In this document: one piece after another, positions 1-11,575 of the stretch
How positions within the stretch are numbered: position 1 is the stretch's first letter
Layout of the letters: each line of letters opens with the position of its first letter
Assembly (NCBI GenBank): GCA_964463425.1
Contig: CAYXBV010000001.1
Location: 55,547-119,546 of the forward strand
Direction of reading: 5' to 3'
From: an uncultured Gammaproteobacteria bacterium
GTDB lineage: Bacteria > Patescibacteriota > Microgenomatia > UBA8517
Length of the DNA stretch: 64,000 bases
Position numbers and translations under genes: made by a program
Notes under the pieces: generated by a model
The model's database searches: none
What the model was told of the DNA's origin: nothing
The model's input: the letters and a program-made list of their open reading frames with translations, nothing else

Positions 1-583
1 TCGTTATCCAGTTTGCATCTTCTGCATCACATGTCGTTGTTACACTCTTTGATCCATCTGCTGCGCTAATTGTATAAACGTCTCCATCGGCAATAGCTGT
101 TTGTCTTGTCGCCTTAGCGGCTGGAATGAAGCAAGAATACACCGATTCCGATGTTCCTTGTTCTTTTCCTAAGAATAATTTCTTTGAATCATCAGTACCT
201 GAATCATTGTCAATAAAATCTCTATTCCTAAATTCAGATTTTAATTCATCGTTGCTAAGCAACAAACCATCAACCGTACAATCCGCACCACAGATACCAG
301 CGCCTTCGTCTCCAGCGCTAACAAATCCATATGAAGCATCATTATCTGTAACGCTTCCTGCTGTTACCCAAGGAAACTCTTGTCTTGATGCGAAATATCT
401 ATCTATCGCTGATATTAATTGAGCCGAATCTGATTTAAATCTTGTGTCTCTCGCACGGTTTGATTGCTCTATTGGGTTAATAGCTGCGATTACGATTAAA
501 GCAATTGCGCCCAAAAGACCAATAACGATTAAAAGCTCAACCAATGTAAAACCTAGGTTTCTTTTTAATTTTCGGATAGTCAA
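1..583 (-). CDS. Type IV pilin / pseudopilin, 5' part only (runs off the window start). TTG start at 583 with AAGGAGGTG 7 nt upstream. N-terminus (L)TIRKLKRNLG|FTLVELLIVIGLLGAIALIVIAAINP is a class III prepilin signal with a hydrophobic helix.
   Basis: Manual reverse-strand translation; not in the ORF track because the ORF is open at the window edge. The G-F-T-L-V-E motif is the prepilin peptidase cleavage and N-methylation site. Confidence 0.75.
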   Translation of the reverse strand, partial: MTIRKLKRNLGFTLVELLIVIGLLGAIALIVIAAINPIEQSNRARDTRFKSDSAQLISAIDRYFASRQEFPWVTAGSVTDNDASYGFVSAGDEGAGICGADCTVDGLLLSNDELKSEFRNRDFIDNDSGTDDSKKLFLGKEQGTSESVYSCFIPAAKATRQTAIADGDVYTISAADGSKSVTTTCDAEDANWIT

Positions 584-648
584 ATTTTTTCACCTCCTTT
601 TACATTCATCATTTTAGTATTAGTTAAACCAAACATGCTGTCAAGCTA

Positions 649-1854
649 TCAAAACTGACTTGTCAAATTATATATAGGCAAAATAATGGCGATTACTAAA
701 AAGCCCACTCCGAGTCCCAATACAACCATTACTAATGGTTCAATGGCCGCCGTTAATGTCTTTACCTTTTGATTCGATTCAACCTCAAAAACATGGCTGA
801 CTTTTGCTAATACCTCGCCCATTTTTCCAGTTTCTTCTCCAACGGCAACCATTTGGGACAAAAGAAATGGAAAGGCCTCGGGATGTTTGGCAAACGAAAA
901 AGCGACGGGAAAACCCTTTTCAATTTGTTTAGCTGAATCTTTCAGTGCTCCTGAAATGACAACATTACCAACCACTCCAGCCGAAATATTAAGCGCTTCT
1001 AAAATGGATACTCCAGCCCCAACCATTAAGCTAAGCGTACTTGTTAACTCCGTTAAAATAACTTGTCGCTGCAGTTCTCCAAAAATTGGAAGTTTAAACA
1101 TTAGCTCGTCTGTTCTTTTACGACCAGCTGGGGTTTTTCGATAAAGAGTATAGCCATAAAAACCAAATCCACCCAAAACTAACAATAGCGGCCACCAATG
1201 CATTAAAAAGGTGGAAAACCCAATTAATATTTGGGTTGGCATTGGTAGTTCTGCATCAAAATCTGCATAAAGAGAAGTTAATCTAGGGATAACAAAAATC
1301 ATCATAATAAAACCAACAATGACCATTCCACCAACAATAATGGCTGGATAAATTAATGCTCCCTTAACATTTCCTTTAAACTCTTGTTGCTTTTCCATTG
1401 AGTCAGCTAGTCTTACTAATACTTCATCCATAACACCGCCGACCTCACCAGATTTTACAAGGGCAATATAGGTCGGGGAGAAAGCTTTTGTATGCCGACT
1501 CAAAGCAGCAGAAAGAGAATCTCCACCTTCAACATCGGCAAGTATCTGAGAAGCCATTTTCTGCATCGTCCCTTTTACTTGAGATCTCAAAATCACAAGA
1601 GCCTCTGTAATCGGCAAACCAGCGTTTACCATTGTGGCAAGTTGTCGTGTGAATGTCGCTACATCGGCTGGAGTAATTCTTTCTTTAAGGGTTTTAAATA
1701 TATTTAGCGGAATTTCTCTTTTAATCTTTATAGAAATGACAATAAACCCTTTTCCTCGAACAAGCTTGGCGGCATGTTTGTCACTAGAGGCCTCAACTTC
1801 ACCCGTAACTAACTTCCCTGCCTTATCCTTTGCCTTATAGATATATCTTTTCAT
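649..1854 (-). CDS. pilC: Type IV pilus assembly platform protein PilC (GspF family)
   Basis: 401 aa with a GspF-type polytopic membrane architecture; sits next to pilT and pilB. Confidence 0.88.
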   Translation of the reverse strand: MKRYIYKAKDKAGKLVTGEVEASSDKHAAKLVRGKGFIVISIKIKREIPLNIFKTLKERITPADVATFTRQLATMVNAGLPITEALVILRSQVKGTMQKMASQILADVEGGDSLSAALSRHTKAFSPTYIALVKSGEVGGVMDEVLVRLADSMEKQQEFKGNVKGALIYPAIIVGGMVIVGFIMMIFVIPRLTSLYADFDAELPMPTQILIGFSTFLMHWWPLLLVLGGFGFYGYTLYRKTPAGRKRTDELMFKLPIFGELQRQVILTELTSTLSLMVGAGVSILEALNISAGVVGNVVISGALKDSAKQIEKGFPVAFSFAKHPEAFPFLLSQMVAVGEETGKMGEVLAKVSHVFEVESNQKVKTLTAAIEPLVMVVLGLGVGFLVIAIILPIYNLTSQF

Positions 1855-1856
1855 TT

Positions 1857-2939
1857 TTATCGTTTCAGGTTTTGCATTGGAGCATTGCTTCTAACCATAC
1901 GACTTAATTCTTCCGGCCTAATTGAGAAGCTTTGGGCAGTCTCCAAGGTAATATGTCCTGAACGAACTAGGGAAGCCAAGGACATCTCTAGCGTGTTCAT
2001 GCCCGCTTCTTGTGATGTCTGCAGTATTGATTCAATTTGGTGAGATTTACCTTCGCGAATAGAAGTTTTTATCGCCGATGTACCAAGCATTACCTCATAT
2101 GCAACAGTTCTTCCACCAGCAATAGCAGGAACGAGACGCATTGAAAATACAGCCTCTAAAACATTAGAAAGTTGTAAGCGAACTTGGCCCTGTTGTTCTT
2201 CTGGGAAAACATCAACTATTCTATCAATTGTCTGAGCGGCTGAATTAGTATGCAGGGTAGCAAAAACTAAATGACCGGTTTCGGCAACTGTTAGAGCTGA
2301 TGCTATTGTTTCGTGATCTCGCATTTCACCGACCAAAACAACGTCAGGATCTTCTCTCAATACAGACCTTAAGGCAACTTGCCATGAATGAGTATCTGAA
2401 CCCATTTCTCTCTGAGAGATAATTGATTTCTGAGGTCTAAAAATAAACTCAACTGGATCTTCAATCGTAACGATATGAGTAGCCCTTGTTTTATTTATTT
2501 CATTTAACATCGCTGCCAGCGTTGTCGATTTTCCGTGTCCTGTCGGACCAGTCACTAAAATAAGGCCCTGCCTTAAATGAGTAAAACTATGAAGAATTTT
2601 TGGCAAATTTAATGTGTCTATATCAGGAATCTCAAGAGGGATTCTTCGAAAAGCCAAAGCGTACGTTCCCTTTTGAGTATAAGCGTTCACCCTAAAACGT
2701 GCTTTCTCGCTAAATGATAATGAAAAATCCAATTCCTTGTTAACCGTTAGTCTTTCTAAGCGCTCACTTGTTAAGATCTCCTTTAAATAACCCCCAATTA
2801 CTTCTTGCGTTAAAATTGCTTCGTTAGGTATTGGAGACAGCTGCCCATCTATGCGAATAGTAGGAGGTATGTTCGCCACAATATGAAGATCAGACGCTTT
2901 ACGATCAACCGTTAGTTGTAGTAATCCTTTTATATTCAT
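1857..2939 (-). CDS. pilT: Twitching-motility retraction ATPase PilT
   Basis: Walker A GPTGHGKSTT; size and order typical of PilT/PilU. Confidence 0.88.
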   Translation of the reverse strand: MNIKGLLQLTVDRKASDLHIVANIPPTIRIDGQLSPIPNEAILTQEVIGGYLKEILTSERLERLTVNKELDFSLSFSEKARFRVNAYTQKGTYALAFRRIPLEIPDIDTLNLPKILHSFTHLRQGLILVTGPTGHGKSTTLAAMLNEINKTRATHIVTIEDPVEFIFRPQKSIISQREMGSDTHSWQVALRSVLREDPDVVLVGEMRDHETIASALTVAETGHLVFATLHTNSAAQTIDRIVDVFPEEQQGQVRLQLSNVLEAVFSMRLVPAIAGGRTVAYEVMLGTSAIKTSIREGKSHQIESILQTSQEAGMNTLEMSLASLVRSGHITLETAQSFSIRPEELSRMVRSNAPMQNLKR

Positions 2940-2942
2940 CTT

Positions 2943-4685
2943 TTAATCTTGAGCCACTCTAAGTATTTCTTCAAGGGTGGTTACTCCTTCTAATACTTTC
3001 AAGTAACCATCTTGTTTTAAGGTGATCATTCCTTCTTCTCTTGCTTGTTTTTCCACCACAGAAGCTGGAGATCTTTCTAATATCAACCTGCTAATTTTCT
3101 CCGTAATAGATAGTACTTCAAAAATTCCCACTCTTCCGTAATAACCAGAGTTGTTACAGTCAGCGCATCCTTTACCTTTATAAAGCTTCATTGGTTTACC
3201 TTCAGGCCAAAGATTTCCAACAACTGCTTTTATTTCACTAACTACCTTAGGATCCGGATCATACGCAACTCTACATTTTTCATGGATCTTTCTTGTCACT
3301 CTCTGGGCAACTACAGCGGTCATTGAAGATGCCAAAAGATACGGCTCTGCTCCCATATCCATTAATCGGGGAAGGGTCCCTGCGGCATCGTTAGTGTGAA
3401 TTGTTGAAAAAACTAAGTGTCCCGTTAGCGATGCTTGAACAGCTAAATCAGCCGTTTCCTTATCTCGTATCTCTCCGACTAAAATTACGTTAGGATCCTG
3501 TCTCAAAAAAGATCTAAGCCCGGAAGCAAAAGTAAGTCCTGCCGCTGGATTTACTTGAACTTGGTTTACACCAGCAATCTTATACTCAATTGGGTCTTCA
3601 AGAGTAATAATATTGACTTTTGGTGTATTTATCCTCTGAATGATTGAATATAGTGTTGTCGTCTTACCTGAACCAGTCGGTCCACAAATCAAAACAATTC
3701 CATGAGGCCTCAATATCGCATCTTCGAGATTTTTTAAGCCTCGACCGCGAAGACCTAGGTCAGGCAAGTCGGGAATACCTCCCGTTTTCTTTAAAAGTCT
3801 CATAACTATCTTTTCTCCCCATGCAGAAGGCAAGGAAGAAACACGCAAGTCAATTTCTTCTTCTCCGCCCTTAAAAGTAAACCTTCCGTCTTGTGGTACC
3901 CGCTTTTCGTCAATTTTCATACCACACAAAATTTTAATTCTAGAAATAAGAGCGTCATGCAAAGCCCTAGGAATAGTTAGTTTTTCTTGTAATATCCCGT
4001 CAATTCGATAGCGCACTCTGGTTGATTTCTCTTGGGGCTCAATATGAACATCAGAAGCCCGCGCCCTCATAGCAAAATCAAGGATGTGGGATACAATTTC
4101 TGAGACCCTTTCTTCTCTTATAAAGCCTGTCTTCTGTGCCTCTAGGGTTTTCACTTTAGATTTCTCAGGAGAAACCTCTTTTAGTGCTTCTGTTACCTCT
4201 TGTGCCAGTGAAGAGGTGTATCGAGTTGATATGCTCTGGTCAATTTTTGAAGCTTCAGCTGCGTGAGGCTTCACTGCTAAGCCTGTTTTCTGTTCAATAA
4301 ACTCAATAGCCGTTAAATCAAGAGGGTCAGCCATAGCTAATATCATTTGCTTGGACATTTGATCTACCGATATTGGAAATACTTTAAATTTATCGGCCAC
4401 TTCTTGGGGCAAAACAGCCAAGGCTTCTGGAGAAGCGGGGATAGTAGAAAGATTGATATAGGGGATATTGTATAAAACAGCTTTCCCTTTTACTAAAGCT
4501 TCTTCTGTAACCAGGTTTTGTCCCAACAAGATCGCTTCTTGTGTTTTACCCGTTTGGATCTCTGCTGTTTTTACCTGCTGGGCTCGAACTGGATCGAGAG
4601 ATTTTTGACTTACTAAAATATCAGCCAAAGTCTGGTTTGATTCACCATTTGAACTTGTCTTAGTTATTGTGGGTTGGGCAGCCAT
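2943..4685 (-). CDS. pilB: Type IV pilus assembly ATPase PilB (GspE family)
   Basis: Walker A GPTGSGKTTTLYS; C-terminal CxxC zinc motif (GCADCNNSGY); N-terminal GSPII domain. Confidence 0.9.
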   Translation of the reverse strand: MAAQPTITKTSSNGESNQTLADILVSQKSLDPVRAQQVKTAEIQTGKTQEAILLGQNLVTEEALVKGKAVLYNIPYINLSTIPASPEALAVLPQEVADKFKVFPISVDQMSKQMILAMADPLDLTAIEFIEQKTGLAVKPHAAEASKIDQSISTRYTSSLAQEVTEALKEVSPEKSKVKTLEAQKTGFIREERVSEIVSHILDFAMRARASDVHIEPQEKSTRVRYRIDGILQEKLTIPRALHDALISRIKILCGMKIDEKRVPQDGRFTFKGGEEEIDLRVSSLPSAWGEKIVMRLLKKTGGIPDLPDLGLRGRGLKNLEDAILRPHGIVLICGPTGSGKTTTLYSIIQRINTPKVNIITLEDPIEYKIAGVNQVQVNPAAGLTFASGLRSFLRQDPNVILVGEIRDKETADLAVQASLTGHLVFSTIHTNDAAGTLPRLMDMGAEPYLLASSMTAVVAQRVTRKIHEKCRVAYDPDPKVVSEIKAVVGNLWPEGKPMKLYKGKGCADCNNSGYYGRVGIFEVLSITEKISRLILERSPASVVEKQAREEGMITLKQDGYLKVLEGVTTLEEILRVAQD

Positions 4686-4774
4686 AATATATATCAGTGT
4701 TTAAAACACCGTGAATTAATTATGAACGAATACTCTTTTCCTAGCAAGTCCCTCGCGTGATAAAACCAAGCCGC

Positions 4775-4803
4775 TTGACAGCTGGTTGTCTGGCGATTAA
4801 TAC
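4775..4803 (+). promoter_or_regulatory. Sigma70-like promoter (-35 TTGACA 4775-4780, 17-nt spacer, -10 TAATAC 4798-4803) about 9 nt before the holB ATG, giving a near-leaderless mRNA
   Basis: Seen in sequence: consensus -35, optimal spacing, no Shine-Dalgarno before the ATG at 4813. Confidence 0.4.
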
Positions 4804-4812
4804 TGTGCACAC

Positions 4813-5427
4813 ATGCATGCTTTCTTATTAGTAGGTGGCAATCAACAAAATATCCAAAGTGAAGCTGAAAAGCTAACAAAAAAGTTAAAACTCAAGCTAT
4901 TGGAATATCCTTTAGCAAAAATTAAAGACGTAAGGGAGCTAGGCTCATTTACAAATCTTTCGCTTGATCGACCCACTGGAATACTGATTAACAATATTGA
5001 TTCCGCATCAATTGAAGCATTAAATGCTTTTCTAAAAAACTTAGAGGAACCTCAAGACAACGTCTACTATATATTAACCGCTCATTCTAAAAACAATCTT
5101 CCCTCTACGATTATTTCGAGGTGTCAAATAATTAAAATCGCAGGAAAGCGCGAACTATCCAGTAAAGACAAAAAAGAAATCGGGGCTTTTGAAAAAAAGA
5201 ATAAGGCAGAGCAACTCCAAAAAACTAGCCGAATATGGAACCGACAAGAAGCTTTAATTTTCATAGAGAACTATATTCTTCATGTTCATTCTTTGCTTTT
5301 GAATACAAAAAACAAACATCGTCTTCTTGCTAAAAATATACGATGTGCCAACCAAACCCTTAATAATTTAAGAGCGAACGGAAACGTTCAATTACAGCTT
5401 ACAAACTTCGTTCTTGGCCTTGTTTAG
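4813..5427 (+). CDS. holB: DNA polymerase III delta' subunit-like protein (short)
   Basis: Motifs LLVGG, NAFLKNLEEP, IISRCQ typical of HolB/clamp-loader delta'. Confidence 0.65.
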   Translation: MHAFLLVGGNQQNIQSEAEKLTKKLKLKLLEYPLAKIKDVRELGSFTNLSLDRPTGILINNIDSASIEALNAFLKNLEEPQDNVYYILTAHSKNNLPSTIISRCQIIKIAGKRELSSKDKKEIGAFEKKNKAEQLQKTSRIWNRQEALIFIENYILHVHSLLLNTKNKHRLLAKNIRCANQTLNNLRANGNVQLQLTNFVLGLV

Positions 5428-5459
5428 GTATCTTATCTTAGGGTATAATTAGGACATAA

Positions 5460-7469
<2,010 letters not shown>

Positions 7470-7507
7470 AAATCGACAAACGAACCGTAATATAATAAAG
7501 TAATAAA

Positions 7508-7987
7508 ATGATGGAAGTAAAGGTATTCATTGAAGTTTCAGCCGGAGGAAAAGTTAAATATGAACTCGATGAAAAAACCAAAGAATTAAAAGTCGACAGG
7601 TTTTTGCACACCGCTGTAATTTTCCCCTTCAATTATGGATCTATCGAGGGATCGATGGGTCAAGATGGCGATCCACTAGACGCTCTTGTATTATCCGATG
7701 AAGCAGTTGAGCCTGGCGTGGTCATGCTCTGTCGTCCAATAGGTCTCTTAGAAATGAAAGACGAAGCAGGAATAGACACAAAAATAATAACGGTACCAAT
7801 TGAAAAGATAGACCCTGTTTTTGGAAAGTTTGACAACATAAATGACGTTCCTGAGCCCACCCTAAAGGAAATAAAACATTTCTTTAAAAACTACAAAAGC
7901 CTTGAACCAGGGAAATGGGTAGAAGTTCATCGCTATCGCAATAGATCTGAAGCAGAAAAGGCAATCAAAAAGGCCTTAGTAAAATAA
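7508..7987 (+). CDS. ppa: Inorganic pyrophosphatase (family I)
   Basis: 159 aa; motifs DGDPLDALV and sequence/size typical of family I PPase. Confidence 0.88.
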   Translation: MMEVKVFIEVSAGGKVKYELDEKTKELKVDRFLHTAVIFPFNYGSIEGSMGQDGDPLDALVLSDEAVEPGVVMLCRPIGLLEMKDEAGIDTKIITVPIEKIDPVFGKFDNINDVPEPTLKEIKHFFKNYKSLEPGKWVEVHRYRNRSEAEKAIKKALVK

Positions 7988-7988
7988 C

Positions 7989-8762
7989 TTACTTCTCACA
8001 AAAAAAGCTTCCTATCGGGGTTAACTCAGATAATTTTATGTCCTGATTATAAAAAGCTGATGCTGAGCCTCCATCTAAGTTGAGTGCACTAACAAATTGT
8101 GTATTCATTTCTTCTTGTGCCTTTACTATTAAACTTGGTAAATTTCGAAGCGACGGACCTAAAAACACAGAATCCTTTGTATAAAAAGCTATAAAAAATA
8201 GTTCATTCTTGTCACTAAGTGCAACTATAACGCGACGAGCCATTTCGTCATTGGTGTCCTTAAGGTCTTGAATTCTTCCGTCCTTGATTAATAAAGGACC
8301 CGCTTGAATACCAACTCTCGCTACGTCGTCACCATACTCTTCAGTAATAATTGCCTTTTGATTCTTTGTTAAAATAAAGTAGCCATTAAACAGCGTACTA
8401 TTGATTTTATTGCTAATTACTTCCTCTTCACTAATAAAAAGTCCTATGGGGGTATCGTCTTTTGAATAAAAACCAGCACTCGATAGGGTTTTACAATGAT
8501 AATTATCAATTCCTTCCTCAAGTGTGTATTTTTCTTGAAAATTTGAATAGAGATAAAGGTTCTCCAAATTATCAATTTCCGTCCATACAAACGCGTATTC
8601 TTTATCTTCGGTGGCCACACTATTCACACCACTTGATTCAGAAATCTGACTCTCTTTTCTTTTATCTTCTATTTCTTGAAAGTCTCGATTGTATTTGTAT
8701 ACGTAAAAACCAACCAACAAAATAGTTACTATAAATAAGAATGTCTTTATTATTTTTGCCAT
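7989..8762 (-). CDS. Phosphodiester glycosidase family protein (DUF2233-like), membrane-anchored
   Basis: N-terminal TM; C-terminal LNLDGGSASAF motif characteristic of phosphodiester glycosidase/NAGPA-like domains. Confidence 0.55.
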   Translation of the reverse strand: MAKIIKTFLFIVTILLVGFYVYKYNRDFQEIEDKRKESQISESSGVNSVATEDKEYAFVWTEIDNLENLYLYSNFQEKYTLEEGIDNYHCKTLSSAGFYSKDDTPIGLFISEEEVISNKINSTLFNGYFILTKNQKAIITEEYGDDVARVGIQAGPLLIKDGRIQDLKDTNDEMARRVIVALSDKNELFFIAFYTKDSVFLGPSLRNLPSLIVKAQEEMNTQFVSALNLDGGSASAFYNQDIKLSELTPIGSFFCEK

Positions 8763-8850
8763 GGAACTAATAAGTCTCGTATTATAACAAATTGTGCATA
8801 CCCTAAGCGTAATTATTAGTCACTGTCTATGGCCGTGATAAAATATTTAC

Positions 8851-9426
8851 ATGAATAAGTCAAACGGTGAAAAAGAGTCTTACGACAACACCGACAAAAC
8901 TACTAGACGAGAGCAAAAAGCCAAAAGGAAAAAATATCCCCGCGACAGAAACTATGTTAAAAGGGAAATCAAAAAAACAGAGCAGCTAGCGGGCGAGAAA
9001 AAAAGACAGAACAAAGCCAAAAAAGAAATAGCTAAGCGTCTTAAACATTTTCCTTCGCTCGACACTTCAGAAGGGGAAAAACAAATAAAGGTATATGTCC
9101 GTTGGGTAAAAGATTCTCTTGAGCAGGGTTATCCACTTTTAGATGATGGGGATATTAAAATTAAAACCGCCGTAGCGAGCGTAAAAGCGGGCGGTCAAAG
9201 TCGTCAAAAATCCAGAAACTCTGTTAGAGCTACCCACACGCCAACACTAATCGGAGTAAGAAACGAAGAAGAAAGAAGTTTAGAACAAAACACTCTGAGC
9301 GCTAAAGAAAACCTTTACAAATTACTTACCAAGCACCTCCATTTATGGAAAACACTTAATATTGCCGCCCCCAATCAAGAGGTAGAAAAAGAAGTGGAAC
9401 AAATACTTCTATTACTACAAGATTGA
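8851..9426 (+). CDS. Hypothetical highly charged (K/R/E-rich) protein
   Basis: ORF only; no recognisable motif; stop TGA overlaps the next ORF's TTG (ATTGA). Confidence 0.45.
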   Translation: MNKSNGEKESYDNTDKTTRREQKAKRKKYPRDRNYVKREIKKTEQLAGEKKRQNKAKKEIAKRLKHFPSLDTSEGEKQIKVYVRWVKDSLEQGYPLLDDGDIKIKTAVASVKAGGQSRQKSRNSVRATHTPTLIGVRNEEERSLEQNTLSAKENLYKLLTKHLHLWKTLNIAAPNQEVEKEVEQILLLLQD

Positions 9427-9497
9427 ATCTTAAGCTAATTTGTCCTATAATCCTTTACGTTCACGGTTTTTACCCGATCGACAATAAAACAATCACC

Positions 9498-9848
9498 ATG
9501 AGTAATATAGAACGAAATCTTTGCAAGGAAAACGGATGTCCAGCATCGTGTTGTCATGATATGTCTTTCTTTATGATTGACAATCCATCAAACTATTTTC
9601 AAAATCCACAAAAAATGCCTGACAAAACAAACGGACAACCATTAAAAAATTGTGTCTACTTTTCGGTAAGTGGGGGACAATACAAAGTAATAATTATTGG
9701 CATCTGTCCAAATCTTAGCAATAACGAGTGCACCATTTATCCAAACCATCCACCGGGATGTAAAAAACTTGAAATTGATTCCCGTAATTGTCACCAAGCC
9801 AGAACAAGAGATCAAGAGAGACTTGAAAGATTCTCTAGTCCTCAATAG
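9498..9848 (+). CDS. YkgJ/UPF0153-family Cys-rich Fe-S/zinc-chelating protein (ORF could extend to a TTG at 9423)
   Basis: CKENGCPASCC ... CTIYPNHPPGCKK ... NCHQARTR matches the YkgJ pattern (CxxCxxCC ... CCTIYxxRxxxCRxF ... ACNRAR). Confidence 0.55.
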   Translation: MSNIERNLCKENGCPASCCHDMSFFMIDNPSNYFQNPQKMPDKTNGQPLKNCVYFSVSGGQYKVIIIGICPNLSNNECTIYPNHPPGCKKLEIDSRNCHQARTRDQERLERFSSPQ

Positions 9849-9906
9849 CTTTTTATAATTAGCATGCTGGTATAAAATAATTATAACCAAAAAGTTAAAA
9901 CCCTAA

Positions 9907-10149
9907 ATGAAAATCAACGTCGTCGCTAAACCCTCTAGCAAAAAAGCATATATCAAAAAGCTGGAAGGAAATAAATATATTGTCTCAGTCAAAGAACCGC
10001 CAATTCATGGATTAGCTAATCTATCTATTGCGTCAGCACTGTCAGATTTTTTTGACGTCCCAGCTAGGCAGGTAAGAATTGTTACGGGATACAAAAGTAA
10101 AAACAAAGTCTTTGAGATCGAAGGAGCATCTCTATCACCGAAAGAATAA
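9907..10149 (+). CDS. DUF167 (YggU-like) family protein
   Basis: 80 aa; GLANLSIASALSDFFDVPARQVRIVTGYKSKNKVFEI matches the UPF0235/DUF167 consensus. Confidence 0.65.
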   Translation: MKINVVAKPSSKKAYIKKLEGNKYIVSVKEPPIHGLANLSIASALSDFFDVPARQVRIVTGYKSKNKVFEIEGASLSPKE

Positions 10150-10199
10150 TTTAACTATTTGATTCTTTTCTTTTCCAAAATGTATAATATACTCTCAGT

Positions 10200-10397
10200 A
10201 TGGCAACAAAGAAAAGACTATTCAGAAGTAGAGAAAACAAAGTATTGGCTGGTATATTCGGAGGACTAGGAGATTACTTTGACATCGACCCAACCGTTTT
10301 AAGACTCGGTTGGCTTTTAGTTTTTATATTTACGGGAATTTTTCCCGGTCTTCTTGCTTATATCGTTGCCATCATTGTTGTCCCTCACAAAGCCTAA
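10200..10397 (+). CDS. PspC domain-containing membrane protein
   Basis: RSRENKVLAGIFGGLGDYFDIDPTVLRLGW is the PspC N-terminal domain, followed by a TM helix. Confidence 0.75.
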   Translation: MATKKRLFRSRENKVLAGIFGGLGDYFDIDPTVLRLGWLLVFIFTGIFPGLLAYIVAIIVVPHKA

Positions 10398-10401
10398 GTA
10401 T

Positions 10402-11535
10402 TTAGTTCCCAGATATATATTTGTGAACTCCATCCCAACTATTAACACCCTCTCTTGGTACAAGAATGTATTGACCTCCCGAGCTAGTTGAAGAATAAAA
10501 AACATTATCTTCAGTAAGATAAATATGGGCGACGGCATATTCCCCTGGACTACCAAAAACGGTCAACATATCCCTTAATGCGTCTTTGTCTAAGTCCGTA
10601 TGAACACTGCCAACTAGTTTATTAAAAAGAGTGCTTGTCTGAGAAATTGCATCGAGGGTGATTAATTTATCTTTTATCGCAATTAATATCTCGTGCTGTC
10701 TTTCGCTTCTAGCAAAATCACCACCGTACTGATCTGAATGCCTTGATCGTACAAACTTAAGAGCAGTTTCTCCGTCCATTTGTTGCGTTCCTTTTTCGAA
10801 ATGTAAGTGCTCATATCGACACTCAAATTGTTTTTCTAACTGAAAACCTGAATATTTCTGATGAAATTCAGTGATGTCTTCATTCGATATCCCACAAGTT
10901 TCATTCTCGAGCCCCTTTACTGGATAAAAATAATCATCGAACGGGTGTTTAACATCAACTTCAATCCCTTTCAATAAGTCTATTGCGTCAACAAGCCCGG
11001 CAAAATCAACAGATAAGTAATAATCTACTTCTATCCCAGTTACAATAGAAGCAGCATATTTTGCCAATTCGCCATCACCGTCTTCGCCTCGATAAACAGG
11101 TTTTTTGTTTGGATACTTATTATCGTCCTCACCAATAGCATAAGCAGCGTTAATTTTATAATTTTGTTTGTTGTCATAATCAACAGGCAGGGCAATCCAA
11201 AGATCGCGTGGGATTGAGACAAGAGCTACTTTTTTTTCTTTTGTGTCTACGTTTGCCAGTGTTATCGAGTCTGTTAATCCACCACCACTATGTCCAGCTC
11301 CACCATACCCCAATAACAAAACGTTAAATGTGTCGGGCGTGTCAACAATTGGTGTTGGAGGAAGCGTTGCTTTTTTGTTTCCTGATTCCTTAGGATCATA
11401 TGAAGAGGTCGATAACCTAAAGAATAAAAAACTCAATCCGATTCCAATAAAAAAGATTACAAATAATGAAGCAGCCAGTTTAATAACTCCCTTATCCATC
11501 TGCGATATTCTTGTCTTCACTTTTTTCAAGAACAT
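10402..11535 (-). CDS. LCP family (LytR-CpsA-Psr) cell-envelope polymer transferase
   Basis: N-terminal TM; LCP core motifs (LLLGYGG..., SIPRDLWI). Confidence 0.8.
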   Translation of the reverse strand: MFLKKVKTRISQMDKGVIKLAASLFVIFFIGIGLSFLFFRLSTSSYDPKESGNKKATLPPTPIVDTPDTFNVLLLGYGGAGHSGGGLTDSITLANVDTKEKKVALVSIPRDLWIALPVDYDNKQNYKINAAYAIGEDDNKYPNKKPVYRGEDGDGELAKYAASIVTGIEVDYYLSVDFAGLVDAIDLLKGIEVDVKHPFDDYFYPVKGLENETCGISNEDITEFHQKYSGFQLEKQFECRYEHLHFEKGTQQMDGETALKFVRSRHSDQYGGDFARSERQHEILIAIKDKLITLDAISQTSTLFNKLVGSVHTDLDKDALRDMLTVFGSPGEYAVAHIYLTEDNVFYSSTSSGGQYILVPREGVNSWDGVHKYISGN

Positions 11536-11575
11536 ACATTTATATTAACACTTTCTCTGCTTTCAATAGGGAATA

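Noticed and set aside
126-422. Plus-strand ORF of 98 aa from the ORF track
   Set aside because: It lies antisense to a much better-supported minus-strand type IV pilin gene (class III signal peptide and RBS), so it is a shadow ORF.
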